The notes below the pieces were generated by a model. The model saw only the letters and a list, made by a program, of their open reading frames with translations, ran no database searches and had not been told where the DNA came from. This document shows positions 9,007 to 18,599 of a stretch of DNA of 64,000 nucleotides, piece by piece; the first letter of the stretch is position 1, and every line of letters begins with the position of its first letter. Location: NCBI GenBank assembly GCA_048270185.1, contig JBLWTJ010000001.1, positions 1,504,001 through 1,568,000 on the forward strand. The letters run 5' to 3'. Source of the DNA: Bacteriovoracaceae bacterium (GTDB lineage: Bacteria > Bdellovibrionota > Bacteriovoracia > Bacteriovoracales > Bacteriovoracaceae). The translations under genes were made by a program, and so were the position numbers.

Positions 9007-10772
9007 TTTTTTAGTGCCTCAACGTAATAGTGACGTGCCTTCTTTGGCTTATTTAAAGAAGTATATATGAGCCCTAAGTGCTTTGCAATGACCACATCGT
9101 CACCAACTAGTGCGAATGCTTTTTTTATTTCTTTATACGCTTTCTGATACTCACCTGTTTTATAATAGTACCATCCCAGTGAGTCTCTGATATAGCCATC
9201 TTGAGGATTTAATTGAACAGCTCTTTTAATGTAAGCATAAGCTTTATCCATATTAATCCCTTGCTCTAGGTATGTGTAACCTAAGAAGTTAAGAGCATGA
9301 GAGTTATTTGGATCTTTCTTTAAAATATCTAACATTATCTTTTCAGCTTTCACAAAGGCCCTATCTTTTTCATAAAGAGAAGCAAGATAGTACGCATGTC
9401 CATCAGTATATTCGTCATGACCACTATTTGATTCCATGAGAGCAATAGCGCTTGTTAGATCTTTTTTAGTCTCATAGTAACCTGCAAGAATTACTTCTAA
9501 CTCAAACTTAAGTTCACGAGACTCACTTGAGCGCTCTTTAACAAACTTCACAAAATCTTTTTCACGAGATGAATCTTTTTGAGCATAAGTATTAAGTATA
9601 TTTGCAATTTGAATATTTGATTCATGATAAAGAGAGCTATCAGACTTAATACGAGTATAATAAGTCACCGCAAGATCTCCTTCATCAGTTTTCTGATAGA
9701 GGCTTGCTAGGTAGTATAAAACTTTATCTGAGTCTGGAATCTCAGTTAGGATCTCTTTGAAGACAGCCTTTGCATCTTCAATTTTATTTGTTTCAGTATA
9801 TATTACTCCGAGGCGAACTTTTAAATTTAAGTTTTCAGGATCGAGTGCTAGAAGTTTTTCAAGGTATGGAACGACATTTTCATATTCTCCATCAGCAAAT
9901 AGTAGGTTTACGTATTTCCCAAGTGCCGTATAATTGCTCGGATCATGTTTTAAGAACTTATGATAGAGCATTTTTGCTGATTCAAATTGACCTTCCTGCT
10001 CATAGATCATTCCAAGAAGAATTGTACTCTGTTGATTTTGAGGATTAATCTTTAGAGACTGGCCAAAGTACTTCTTTGCCATTTTATAATCTGATTTCTC
10101 AAAGTAAATTTTACCTTTATGAAATGCATATTCACTACGCCCTTTCTTATCTTTTTGAGAGCAGTAGCTTAATGTACCTATCGCCTTTTTAATTCTCTTT
10201 TGATCGACATAGGCTTTACTTAAGTAAACACATGCTTCACTCATAAGTGTCTTCGACTTGTAAACTAGATCACGATATAACTTAATTGAAGATTTACTAT
10301 TCCCAAGAGCACCATAAACTCCCGCAAGAAGTAATTTTGCCTTCGACTTAATATCATTATCAGCATGTTTTACTAGATAAAGTAATTCCTTCTTTCCCTC
10401 TTCTAATTGAGAAGACTTGATAAGCTCAACTGCGTATTTCTTTCTAAGATAAATATCATTTGGCTTTAACTTTACGACAAACTTTAAAATTAATGCGGCA
10501 GAAACCGGATCACCACTTAGTGAAGCATCTGCTGCTTTTAAGAAAAGATCTCCCGCAACGTAGTCAACTGACTCAGGGCCTTTCGCTTTTGCTTCTTTAA
10601 CTACTTGCTCAAGTGATTTATCGACGAAATCACGTGCCATCTTTGCGCGTTCAACATCTGAAATTTCTACTTTTGCAATTTCATCACTTGGGCCATTGCT
10701 AGTTGTGGCACAGCCCCACGTTGAAACGAGTAATAGAAGTGGTAGTGAATTTTTTAAGAAAAATCTGAACAT
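8925..10772 (-). CDS. Tetratricopeptide-repeat lipoprotein
   Basis: Lipobox 'TWGC'; many TPRs; C-terminal 'ALNFLGYTY...A..L.P.DGYIRDSLGW.YY..G.Y..A' typical of the large envelope TPR family found next to lolB. Confidence 0.9.
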   Translation of the reverse strand: MFRFFLKNSLPLLLLVSTWGCATTSNGPSDEIAKVEISDVERAKMARDFVDKSLEQVVKEAKAKGPESVDYVAGDLFLKAADASLSGDPVSAALILKFVVKLKPNDIYLRKKYAVELIKSSQLEEGKKELLYLVKHADNDIKSKAKLLLAGVYGALGNSKSSIKLYRDLVYKSKTLMSEACVYLSKAYVDQKRIKKAIGTLSYCSQKDKKGRSEYAFHKGKIYFEKSDYKMAKKYFGQSLKINPQNQQSTILLGMIYEQEGQFESAKMLYHKFLKHDPSNYTALGKYVNLLFADGEYENVVPYLEKLLALDPENLNLKVRLGVIYTETNKIEDAKAVFKEILTEIPDSDKVLYYLASLYQKTDEGDLAVTYYTRIKSDSSLYHESNIQIANILNTYAQKDSSREKDFVKFVKERSSESRELKFELEVILAGYYETKKDLTSAIALMESNSGHDEYTDGHAYYLASLYEKDRAFVKAEKIMLDILKKDPNNSHALNFLGYTYLEQGINMDKAYAYIKRAVQLNPQDGYIRDSLGWYYYKTGEYQKAYKEIKKAFALVGDDVVIAKHLGLIYTSLNKPKKARHYYVEALKNCTKVNEREEILNYIEKLDTVRLPASR

Positions 10773-10975
10773 TTATCATTCCTTGGCCTTTTTGCCTCAT
10801 GGGCTCATCGTCCTAAATAGATATTTCTTAAAGAAAAACAGTGATAAATGTGGAAACGGCAAAAGAGGCTTTCGGCCCAAATGAGAGGAGATTTCTCGCC
10901 CAGCGTAAATTATTGAAATTATGGTAATTAAATGGATTCTCTTTGAATTTAGAGAAAATTAAGATCTCAATTGCT

Positions 10976-10990
10976 TGACAGTTACTGTCA
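10976..10990. promoter_or_regulatory. Palindrome TGACAG-TTA-CTGTCA overlapping a TTGACA -35 hexamer
   Basis: Perfect 6-3-6 inverted repeat in the divergent TPR/phaR-like intergenic region. Confidence 0.45.
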
Positions 10991-11249
10991 TTGATTGTTA
11001 CTTCTCTGATGCAAATTTCAAAACGCTGAGCAATATACGCAGCGGGAATCAATAATATCCATTTTCAAGATTCTTAAAAATGGAGAAAATGAACCTGTAA
11101 GTATCTAATTTCACTAAGAGCACAAGAAAGGTGAAATTAATACAAAAAGCTTAACTATTACGAAGCGTCGTGTTAATTATTAATTGTTTTAACTCAAGAG
11201 AATTCATAAATCACTTGAGATATATTCGTAAACCAATAGGGGTAGTAGA

Positions 11250-11639
11250 ATGAATGATGTAAGAATTATTAAAAGGTACCAAAACAGAAAACTTTATGAC
11301 ACTCACCAAAGTTGCTATGTAACACTTGAAGAGATCGCTCAAATCATCAGAGAAGGTCACGAGATTCAAGTAATTGATAATAAAACAAAAAATGACATCA
11401 CTTACATGACTCAAATCCAACTTCTTTTTGATCAAGAGAAGAAATCAACTAAGCCAGGTGACGTTGAACTTCTTAAGAGAGTAATCAGAGGTGAAGAAGG
11501 TACTTTCACTGGTTATATTAGAGGACTTGAAGGAATTGAAGCTCCAGTTGTTGAAGAAGCTCCAGCTCAAACTTTCAACACATTCAACAGTGCAGCAAAC
11601 CTAAACTCTTCTGTTGAAACTACGACTACTTTAAACTAA
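11250..11639 (+). CDS. PhaR-like (PHA accumulation regulator) DNA-binding domain protein
   Basis: 'IIKRYQNRKLYDT..SCYVTLEEI...IREG..IQVIDNKT..DIT...QLLFDQE' is the PhaR N-terminal DNA-binding signature; short low-complexity C-terminus. Confidence 0.88.
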   Translation: MNDVRIIKRYQNRKLYDTHQSCYVTLEEIAQIIREGHEIQVIDNKTKNDITYMTQIQLLFDQEKKSTKPGDVELLKRVIRGEEGTFTGYIRGLEGIEAPVVEEAPAQTFNTFNSAANLNSSVETTTTLN

Positions 11640-11684
11640 TATAAGGCAGTTATTACTGCATATATATTTAGTTTAGAGGGTGAA

Positions 11685-12329
11685 ATGATTTCAAAAATTT
11701 CAAAATCTATATTAAGGCCTGCAGTTGTTCTAGCAGGCCTTTTTATTTTTAGTGCTCAGGCACAAACTGTTAAGCAATTAACTTCTTCAAAATCCGCTGA
11801 GAAAAACTCCGGAGCAGCAGCTGCGGCCCAACTCTTAAGTGGTCAAGAGCTTCACATTCACTCTGTTGGTATTGGAATTGGTCAAACACTTCTTTACAGT
11901 GATTTTGGAGATAATGGTGAAGATAAAATCACTCTTGATTTATTCTACAATTACAAAGCTTCATATTCTTTTGACTTCTACGCTAACCTTCAATACTCCG
12001 ATCATGAATTTAAAAACTCATCGACAACAATTGCTGGACTTTTATTTGGAGCAAAAGGAAAGTTATTTCACTATGATGCTTTTCAACCATACTTTGCTGT
12101 TGGACTCGGTTTCTTTAGACCTGTAATTGAAACGATCGATTACAAATCTGATGGCAAGACTGTTTTTGGTTATCAAGTAGGCGCAGGTGCTGACTTTGAT
12201 CTTAATCGTCAAATTGCGGTTGGAGCGATGGCATCATTTAACAACCCTTTTGATGTTGAACAAGAAAACCACCCAGATGTAGAAGGTTATTACTTCAAGG
12301 TCCTTCTAACTCTATTCTATAAGTTCTAA
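11685..12329 (+). CDS. Outer-membrane beta-barrel protein (8-stranded, OmpW/OmpA-barrel-like)
   Basis: Signal peptide 'AQA', alternating strands 'QPYFAVGLG', 'FGYQVGAGADF', C-terminal Y-x-F BAM signal. Confidence 0.85.
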   Translation: MISKISKSILRPAVVLAGLFIFSAQAQTVKQLTSSKSAEKNSGAAAAAQLLSGQELHIHSVGIGIGQTLLYSDFGDNGEDKITLDLFYNYKASYSFDFYANLQYSDHEFKNSSTTIAGLLFGAKGKLFHYDAFQPYFAVGLGFFRPVIETIDYKSDGKTVFGYQVGAGADFDLNRQIAVGAMASFNNPFDVEQENHPDVEGYYFKVLLTLFYKF

Positions 12330-13141
12330 TGAATTTTAAAGACTTATATATTGTCACGGGAAAAGGAGGCGTCGGTAAGAGCCTCTTATCCCTGGCCTTA
12401 ACTAAGTCGATTGCTGAACTAAATCATCATAAGGAAGTTTACTACTTCTCCTTTGAACAAAATTACGACAAATCTTTGACAAAGAAACTTGGTATTAAGA
12501 CGGTTGATCTTACTCACCTAAGTTCTGTTCAAGAATATATTGCTCGAAAACTTAATTCAAAAACGATTGCGAAGTGGATTGTTTCAACTTCATTCTTTAA
12601 GGCCCTCTTTGATATGGTGCCTAGCTTTGGGCAATTAATTTTTCTAGGCCATATTATTGATCTAGCAAAAGAGAGCGATAAGATTGTTATTGTTGATGCA
12701 CCAGCCTCAGGGCACCTCTTGTCGACAATCCACTCCCCTAAGACATTTAAAGACATATTTAAGATTGGCCCGATTGCAAATGATATCGATAAAATGCACA
12801 ACTTTCTCACCAATAAAGAACATACTCAATGTGTTGTTGTCAGTATCCCTACTGAGCTTGCTATGGAAGAAGGTATTGAATTAAAAGATGAACTTTCGAC
12901 AAAGTATAACCTTGCAACTTTATCAATTCTCAATTGTGATCTAACTTTAAATGAGTTCCCAAGCGATGACACGCCTGAGTTCTTACAAAGAAAGATTGAA
13001 AACCAGAAGAAGTTACAAGAGAAGTTTAACATGCAAGCGGACTTGAGTTTTCCGCAAATTATGTCTCATGAACAAGTGGAACAAGTTAAACAAATGAGTG
13101 AGAAACTCATCATTGAGATTGATAAGTTTAAAACGATATAG
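12329..13141 (+). CDS. ArsA/Get3-like SIMIBI ATPase, subunit A (BagA-like)
   Basis: Deviant Walker A 'VTGKGGVGKS', switch II 'VDAPASGH', 'IPTELAMEE'; TAATG coupling to the OMP gene. Confidence 0.85.
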   Translation: MNFKDLYIVTGKGGVGKSLLSLALTKSIAELNHHKEVYYFSFEQNYDKSLTKKLGIKTVDLTHLSSVQEYIARKLNSKTIAKWIVSTSFFKALFDMVPSFGQLIFLGHIIDLAKESDKIVIVDAPASGHLLSTIHSPKTFKDIFKIGPIANDIDKMHNFLTNKEHTQCVVVSIPTELAMEEGIELKDELSTKYNLATLSILNCDLTLNEFPSDDTPEFLQRKIENQKKLQEKFNMQADLSFPQIMSHEQVEQVKQMSEKLIIEIDKFKTI

Positions 13142-13149
13142 GCATAGAC

Positions 13150-14133
13150 GTGAAAGACTATAAAGAAATTGAAATTTTTTGTGGAACAGGAGGTGTTGGT
13201 AAGACAACGATATCAACTTCCCGTGCATTCTTTCTAGCCTCACAAAAGAAGAGAGTTCTTCTTATTACAATCGATCCGGCCAAACGTCTAAAGCAACTTC
13301 TCAATATCAAAGAGACTTCAGAAATCGTTGAATTTAAATATAAAGATACTTCCTTTGATGTTCTTCTCTTAGATTGTAAAAGTTCATTTGAGAAAATTCT
13401 TGAAACAAAAGTTGATAATAAAATAATTGAAAACCTTACAAGTGATCGCGGTGGATTGAATGAAATCCTAGCAATTCTTGAAATTAATTCTCAACTTGCA
13501 AAGAAACAATATGATTCCATTGTTGTGGACACCGCACCTGGAAAGAATTTTATCGATTTCTTAAATTCTTCAAGTAAAATTAATCGCTTCTTCAACAAGA
13601 CTTTTGCTGAAGCATTCTCATATATAACAAATAAGAATAAGCCAGGGCGTTTCTTCAATCGCATAATTTCCACAGGGATTGAAAAGTTCTTAGAATATCT
13701 TGAAAGTGTGACAGGAGAAGGCTTTATCAATAATTTTCTAGAGGCGATCTCTGTTCTCTATGGAAATCGTGACAAGTTCATAGAGGGAATCAAGGTAGAA
13801 GCAGTCCTAAATGACCCAAGGCGTTCACGTTGGTACCTCGTCACTTCGGCCGAGCATATGAAGGAAGTTGAAACAAAGCAGATTTTTGACTCAATTGAGG
13901 CCCAAATGAGCACGGAACGGTTCCTCATTATCAATAAGTCATGGTATAACAACGTCGCACAGTGGCAGCCTAAGACTGCACAAATGAAAGAATTTAAAGA
14001 AACTATTATTAAACAAGAAAGTATTAAAACTTCTATTTCCCAAAAATCAGATATCAAAACAATTACGTTTCCCGATCTGATAACAATTGATCCTATCGAT
14101 CAACTTGTCGAATTAGAAGAATATTGGAAGTAA
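13150..14133 (+). CDS. ArsA/Get3-like SIMIBI ATPase, subunit B (BagB-like)
   Basis: 'FCGTGGVGKTT', switch I 'TIDPAKRL', switch II 'VVDTAP...IDFL'. Confidence 0.85.
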   Translation: MKDYKEIEIFCGTGGVGKTTISTSRAFFLASQKKRVLLITIDPAKRLKQLLNIKETSEIVEFKYKDTSFDVLLLDCKSSFEKILETKVDNKIIENLTSDRGGLNEILAILEINSQLAKKQYDSIVVDTAPGKNFIDFLNSSSKINRFFNKTFAEAFSYITNKNKPGRFFNRIISTGIEKFLEYLESVTGEGFINNFLEAISVLYGNRDKFIEGIKVEAVLNDPRRSRWYLVTSAEHMKEVETKQIFDSIEAQMSTERFLIINKSWYNNVAQWQPKTAQMKEFKETIIKQESIKTSISQKSDIKTITFPDLITIDPIDQLVELEEYWK

Positions 14134-14147
14134 ACCGGAGAATTATT

Positions 14148-15530
14148 ATGATGAAAGGTGCAAAAGCAAACGTCGTTGAAGCAATTGGGAATACACCAAT
14201 TGTAAAATTAAATAGCATCGGAAAAGACACTAACTGCGAATTCTATGTGAAGCTTGAATATATGAATCCAGGAGGATCAACTAAAGACCGTATCGGCGCT
14301 TACATGCTTGATCGTGCTGTTGAAGAAGGAGTTCTTAAACCAGGTGGAACTATTATCGAAGGAACATCAGGAAACACAGGAGTTGGTCTTGCGATGTGGG
14401 CCGCTGTTCATGGATACAAATGTATTTTCGTCCTTGCAGACAAACAATCAAAAGAAAAAATCGATAACCTAAGAGCATTTGGAGCGAAAGTTGTCGTTTG
14501 TCCTACAAATGTTGAGCCTGAAGATCCACGTTCTTACTACTCAGTTTCGAAAAAACTTGCAGAAACTATCCCAAATTCATTCTACGTAAATCAATACGAT
14601 AACTTACATAATAGAAACACTCACTATACTTGGACTGCTCCAGAAATGTATGAGCAAACTCAAGGTGACTTTGATGTCTTCATGGCAGCTGTTGGAACAG
14701 GTGGAACAATCTCTGGTTGTGGACGCTACTTTAAAGAGAAAATGGATAAGGTTGAAATTGTAGGTGTTGACTGTGTTGGTTCAATCATCGCTGGCTATCA
14801 TAAAACAGGAGAGATGGGACAAGCTCACTCTTACGTTCTAGAAGGTGTTGGAGAAGATTTTATTCCAGAAAACTATGACTTTGATTTAATTGATGACTTT
14901 GAAGTTGTTAATGATAAAGAATCTTTTCTTATGACAAGAAAACTTCTTAAAGAAGAAGGTATTTATGCAGGTGGTTCAGCAGGAGCTGTTATTGAGGGTG
15001 CTCTTAAATATGCAGCAAAGCAAACTGAGCCAAAGAAAATTCTAATTCTTCTTCACGATTCAGGTAACCGTTATGCTTCTAAAATCTACAATGATGATTG
15101 GATGAGTGATGGTGGATATCTTGATTCATCATTTAATGTTCAAATCTCTGAAGTCTTAAATACACTTGGAAAAGATGGAAATATTATTTCAGTAGAAGAT
15201 ACAACGACAATTGGTCAAGCTATTACACTGATGGAAGAAAAGAATGTATCTCAACTTCCAGTTGTTAATAAAGCGGGAGAAATCCTAGGTCTTTGTACAG
15301 AAAGAAATCTAATTAAGCCTGTTATCATGGGTGAGTTCCAGAAAGATGATAATATCTCTCTTGCCATCTCTAACAACTACCGTGTTGTCGATTGTAACGA
15401 ACTTCTTGAAACAGTTGCTGATGCACTTCTTAAGAAAGAAGTTGCTATCATTACGAAGAATGGAAAAGTTTCAGATCTTCTTTCTGAAATTGATGTTCTT
15501 CAATATATGTCTGAGAAAGGCTCGTACTAA
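14148..15530 (+). CDS. cbs: Cystathionine beta-synthase with C-terminal CBS domains
   Basis: PLP motifs 'KLEYMNPGGSTKDR', 'EGTSGNTG', 'GTGGT', 'EGVGEDFIP' plus CBS pair; start moved to ATG 14148 (GGAG at 14137-14140). Confidence 0.9.
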   Translation: MMKGAKANVVEAIGNTPIVKLNSIGKDTNCEFYVKLEYMNPGGSTKDRIGAYMLDRAVEEGVLKPGGTIIEGTSGNTGVGLAMWAAVHGYKCIFVLADKQSKEKIDNLRAFGAKVVVCPTNVEPEDPRSYYSVSKKLAETIPNSFYVNQYDNLHNRNTHYTWTAPEMYEQTQGDFDVFMAAVGTGGTISGCGRYFKEKMDKVEIVGVDCVGSIIAGYHKTGEMGQAHSYVLEGVGEDFIPENYDFDLIDDFEVVNDKESFLMTRKLLKEEGIYAGGSAGAVIEGALKYAAKQTEPKKILILLHDSGNRYASKIYNDDWMSDGGYLDSSFNVQISEVLNTLGKDGNIISVEDTTTIGQAITLMEEKNVSQLPVVNKAGEILGLCTERNLIKPVIMGEFQKDDNISLAISNNYRVVDCNELLETVADALLKKEVAIITKNGKVSDLLSEIDVLQYMSEKGSY

Positions 15531-16696
15531 TGAAGAAGGCCAAGCTGAAACAAGCGGCCAAAGCCTCGGTGTGTATACACGCCGGGGCATATCCTGACAA
15601 AGAAACAGGGGCAGTAATCCCGCCAATTTACCAAACGACTACTTATGCTCAAACAAGCCCTGGTATCCATCAAGGCTATGAATATTCTCGTTGTCACAAC
15701 CCTACTCGCACAAGACTTGAAGAATCACTGTCCGCTCTTGAAAATGCAAAGTACGCTCTTGTTACATCAAGTGGTGTTTCTGTAGAAGTGCTAATTATGC
15801 ACGCACTTCCAGCAGGTTCAACAATTCTTTGCGGCGATGATGTCTATGGTGGAACATACCGTCTCTTTACAACTGTCTTTAACTCAATTCATAATTTTAT
15901 CTTTGTTGATACAACAGATGAGAAAAAAGTTGAGGCAGCATTAAAAGAACATAGGCCAAGACTTGTATGGGTTGAAACACCAACGAACCCTCTACTTAAA
16001 ATTTCTGATATTAAGAAGGTTTCAAGTCTAGCAAAGAAGTATAAGGCCATGACAGTCGTTGATAATACTTTTATGAGTCCTTACTTTCAAAACCCACTTG
16101 ATCTTGGTGCTGACATTGTCATGCACTCCATGACCAAATATATCAATGGCCACTCAGATGTTGTCGGTGGTGCTTGTATGCTAAATAATAAAAAACTTTA
16201 TGAGAAATTATGGACACTCCAAAAGTCTCTAGGGCCAACTCAATCACCTTTTGATTCATGGTTGGTACTCAGAGGAATAAAGACTCTTGCTATTCGAATG
16301 GAAGCTCATGCAAAGAATGCCATGAAGATTGCCAAGTATCTTGAGGGTCATCCTAAGGTCGAAAAGGTCATGTACCCAGGACTTAAGTCTCATCCTCAGC
16401 ACAAGATTGCCAAAAAACAAATGACAGGATTTGGTGGCATGATAACTTTCTTTTTAAAAGGTGATATCAAGAAATCAAAGAAGTTTTTACAAAGTGTTGA
16501 AATGTTCTCATTGGCAGAAAGCCTTGGAGGGGTTGAGAGTTTGATTGAACATCCGGCCATTATGACTCATGCTTCTGTTCCAAAGAATGTTCGTGAAAGT
16601 ATTGGACTTACTGATAATCTTATTCGACTTTCAGTTGGTATTGAAGATGGCGATGACCTAATCGCCGATCTAGAAGCGGCTTTTAGGGCAGTTTAA
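15530..16696 (+). CDS. Cystathionine gamma-lyase/gamma-synthase family PLP enzyme
   Basis: 'YEYSRCHNPTR', 'ETPTNP', 'VDNTF', 'HSMTKYINGHSD', 'LAESLGGVESL'; coupled to cbs, so gamma-lyase is favoured. Confidence 0.9.
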   Translation: MKKAKLKQAAKASVCIHAGAYPDKETGAVIPPIYQTTTYAQTSPGIHQGYEYSRCHNPTRTRLEESLSALENAKYALVTSSGVSVEVLIMHALPAGSTILCGDDVYGGTYRLFTTVFNSIHNFIFVDTTDEKKVEAALKEHRPRLVWVETPTNPLLKISDIKKVSSLAKKYKAMTVVDNTFMSPYFQNPLDLGADIVMHSMTKYINGHSDVVGGACMLNNKKLYEKLWTLQKSLGPTQSPFDSWLVLRGIKTLAIRMEAHAKNAMKIAKYLEGHPKVEKVMYPGLKSHPQHKIAKKQMTGFGGMITFFLKGDIKKSKKFLQSVEMFSLAESLGGVESLIEHPAIMTHASVPKNVRESIGLTDNLIRLSVGIEDGDDLIADLEAAFRAV

Positions 16697-17361
16697 AACT
16701 GCCCTGGCCCTGCATTTTCGTCGATTTTTAATTCATTTGAATTAGTTTCAACTGAAGTTGATTCCTTTTCTTCAGTTTTTTCTTCATTAGATTTAGTCGC
16801 TTTAATTGCTTTAAATTCAGCTCTTTTCTTCTTTAGGTCTTCAGGGATTCGTGCAATTGGTTTTCTAATCATAATGTAATCATAGTCACCGTTGCGATTA
16901 AAGACATTATTATCGTTCAGATATGATTCAATGAGAGTACTAGCACAGAAAATTTTCCCATGATCGACATCGAGATTATTTTTTGCACCTTGAGCAAAGA
17001 TCAGACCATCATCTTCAATTATTTTTCTAATTGTTTTATATTCATTACAGAAATCATTTGAAGTAGCATGACATTCTCCTTCTTTACGATAAACATCCAT
17101 CGAAGTTGAAGTATCTTTTACGTGAATTGGATCACGACAGATATCAATGATCCAAGATTTATTTAAATACTTATACTCATTGTGGCGAACTTCGATTTCA
17201 CATTCATTCTTTGAAATTGATATTGTCTTAGTCAGTAGGCCAAACGGTGCTGCTTTATGAGTCACAGAAACATCAAAAGAAGCCTTAAAACAATCCGTAC
17301 CAGTAAAAGCAAAAGTACTTGTTAAAGATAGGAGTAAAATATTAAATTTTAGAAATTGCAT
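16693..17361 (-). CDS. Secreted Cys-containing hypothetical protein
   Basis: 222-aa ORF with signal peptide and several Cys. Confidence 0.65.
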   Translation of the reverse strand: MQFLKFNILLLSLTSTFAFTGTDCFKASFDVSVTHKAAPFGLLTKTISISKNECEIEVRHNEYKYLNKSWIIDICRDPIHVKDTSTSMDVYRKEGECHATSNDFCNEYKTIRKIIEDDGLIFAQGAKNNLDVDHGKIFCASTLIESYLNDNNVFNRNGDYDYIMIRKPIARIPEDLKKKRAEFKAIKATKSNEEKTEEKESTSVETNSNELKIDENAGPGQF

Positions 17362-18412
17362 TTTTATCTACCTCAATGATTAGAATAGTTTGATCGTTTG
17401 GTAAGAACTCATCATCATTATATCTCTTTTTACTTTGAAATGTTAACTCACTAATGAACTCAACAGGTGATGCCCAATTTTTAGAGATAAATGATCGGTA
17501 TTCACTCCCATCAATCTCTTCTTTGTTATTCTTAAAGTAGCCCGGAGAAAGCATTAACATCCCTTCACCTTTTGTTAATTTAGCTTCTTGATAATTTAAT
17601 TCATAGTTAGCTGGAAAACTCTGATCATTACGAGAGATGATAACACCATCTTTGGCGATGATTTCATGTTGTCCGATATTTAGAACTTCCATCTTTAAGT
17701 CAGAAAGACTATTCTTTGCAATGAAAATTGAACTATCTCCAAACTCTTCAAATTCAGATTTATGCTCTTCAAGATCAGATGTAATTTTATCAAGACTCAG
17801 ATTCGTTTCTAATTTCCAATTCTCAATTAGTGTTAAGAAGTTTCCAACGATCATATATGATGATGCGTGAAGTGATATTACCCAAATATCTGGTCCTGCC
17901 TTAAAGAAGTCAAAGAATTCCCCACCGTTTGAAGTACCTGCACAAAAACGCGATGAAATTCCTACTCCACGTATTTTAGCACTTCGAAATGGAACCATCG
18001 TTTTGTGAAGCTCTTTGATATTTTCAACACGATCAACAAGTCCTTCCATAACGTTATTCATTTTATAAAGGAGTTTCTTTTGTAACTCGAGAGTTTTGAG
18101 ACTATCGAGAGCATTTTTAATATTTAAAAGGTTTTCATCCACACTCTTATCTGCGAAGAAAACGCCTAAGCATAATTCGTTATCTAAAAGTGAACGATCG
18201 ATTTCGTCACCTTCATTAAAAATAATTATAAAGTACTCACCTGCTTCAACGAAACTTGGTGATTTCGTAAAGGCGACTTGACTTACAGGTGAATCACCTG
18301 AATCTAGTTGATCATTTTCACTGATATTTGAATTCTCTAATAATTTAAGCAAATTATTTAACTTATCGACGGCAATTTTATCGATATTGGTCTCTATAAT
18401 TCGAATCTTCAT
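17342..18412 (-). CDS. SpoIIE/PP2C-like phosphatase-domain protein (degenerate)
   Basis: 'GGEFFDFF', 'GEGMLMLSPG', 'NDQTILII' correspond to SpoIIE motifs GGDFYD, GD.L.L.SDG and DD.T with several Asp replaced; start set at ATG 18412. Confidence 0.65.
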   Translation of the reverse strand: MKIRIIETNIDKIAVDKLNNLLKLLENSNISENDQLDSGDSPVSQVAFTKSPSFVEAGEYFIIIFNEGDEIDRSLLDNELCLGVFFADKSVDENLLNIKNALDSLKTLELQKKLLYKMNNVMEGLVDRVENIKELHKTMVPFRSAKIRGVGISSRFCAGTSNGGEFFDFFKAGPDIWVISLHASSYMIVGNFLTLIENWKLETNLSLDKITSDLEEHKSEFEEFGDSSIFIAKNSLSDLKMEVLNIGQHEIIAKDGVIISRNDQSFPANYELNYQEAKLTKGEGMLMLSPGYFKNNKEEIDGSEYRSFISKNWASPVEFISELTFQSKKRYNDDEFLPNDQTILIIEVDKNAISKI

Positions 18413-18523
18413 AACTCTTCCTAAGTTCCTAATATTTAATAGGTATGACACTAAAAATTGGCATCTGAAGAATTCATTTTAGCATATTAAGCGACCAATA
18501 TCATACAAATGGGACGATTAAAT

Positions 18524-18551
18524 TAAAGATTACTTAATAATATCCCGATGA
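18524..18551 (+). promoter_or_regulatory. Candidate sigma-28 (FliA) promoter of the HD-GYP gene
   Basis: TAAA-N16-CCCGATGA (spacer one nt longer than the canonical TAAA-N15-GCCGATAA). Confidence 0.4.
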
Positions 18552-18599
18552 ATTATTAGAATATGGGTAGAACCCGACTATAACACTAGGTCTTAATAG

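Noticed and set aside
12329..14133. Arsenic-resistance (ars) operon
   Set aside because: No arsB/acr3, arsC, arsD or arsR nearby; motifs fit the split Get3/BagAB-like class.
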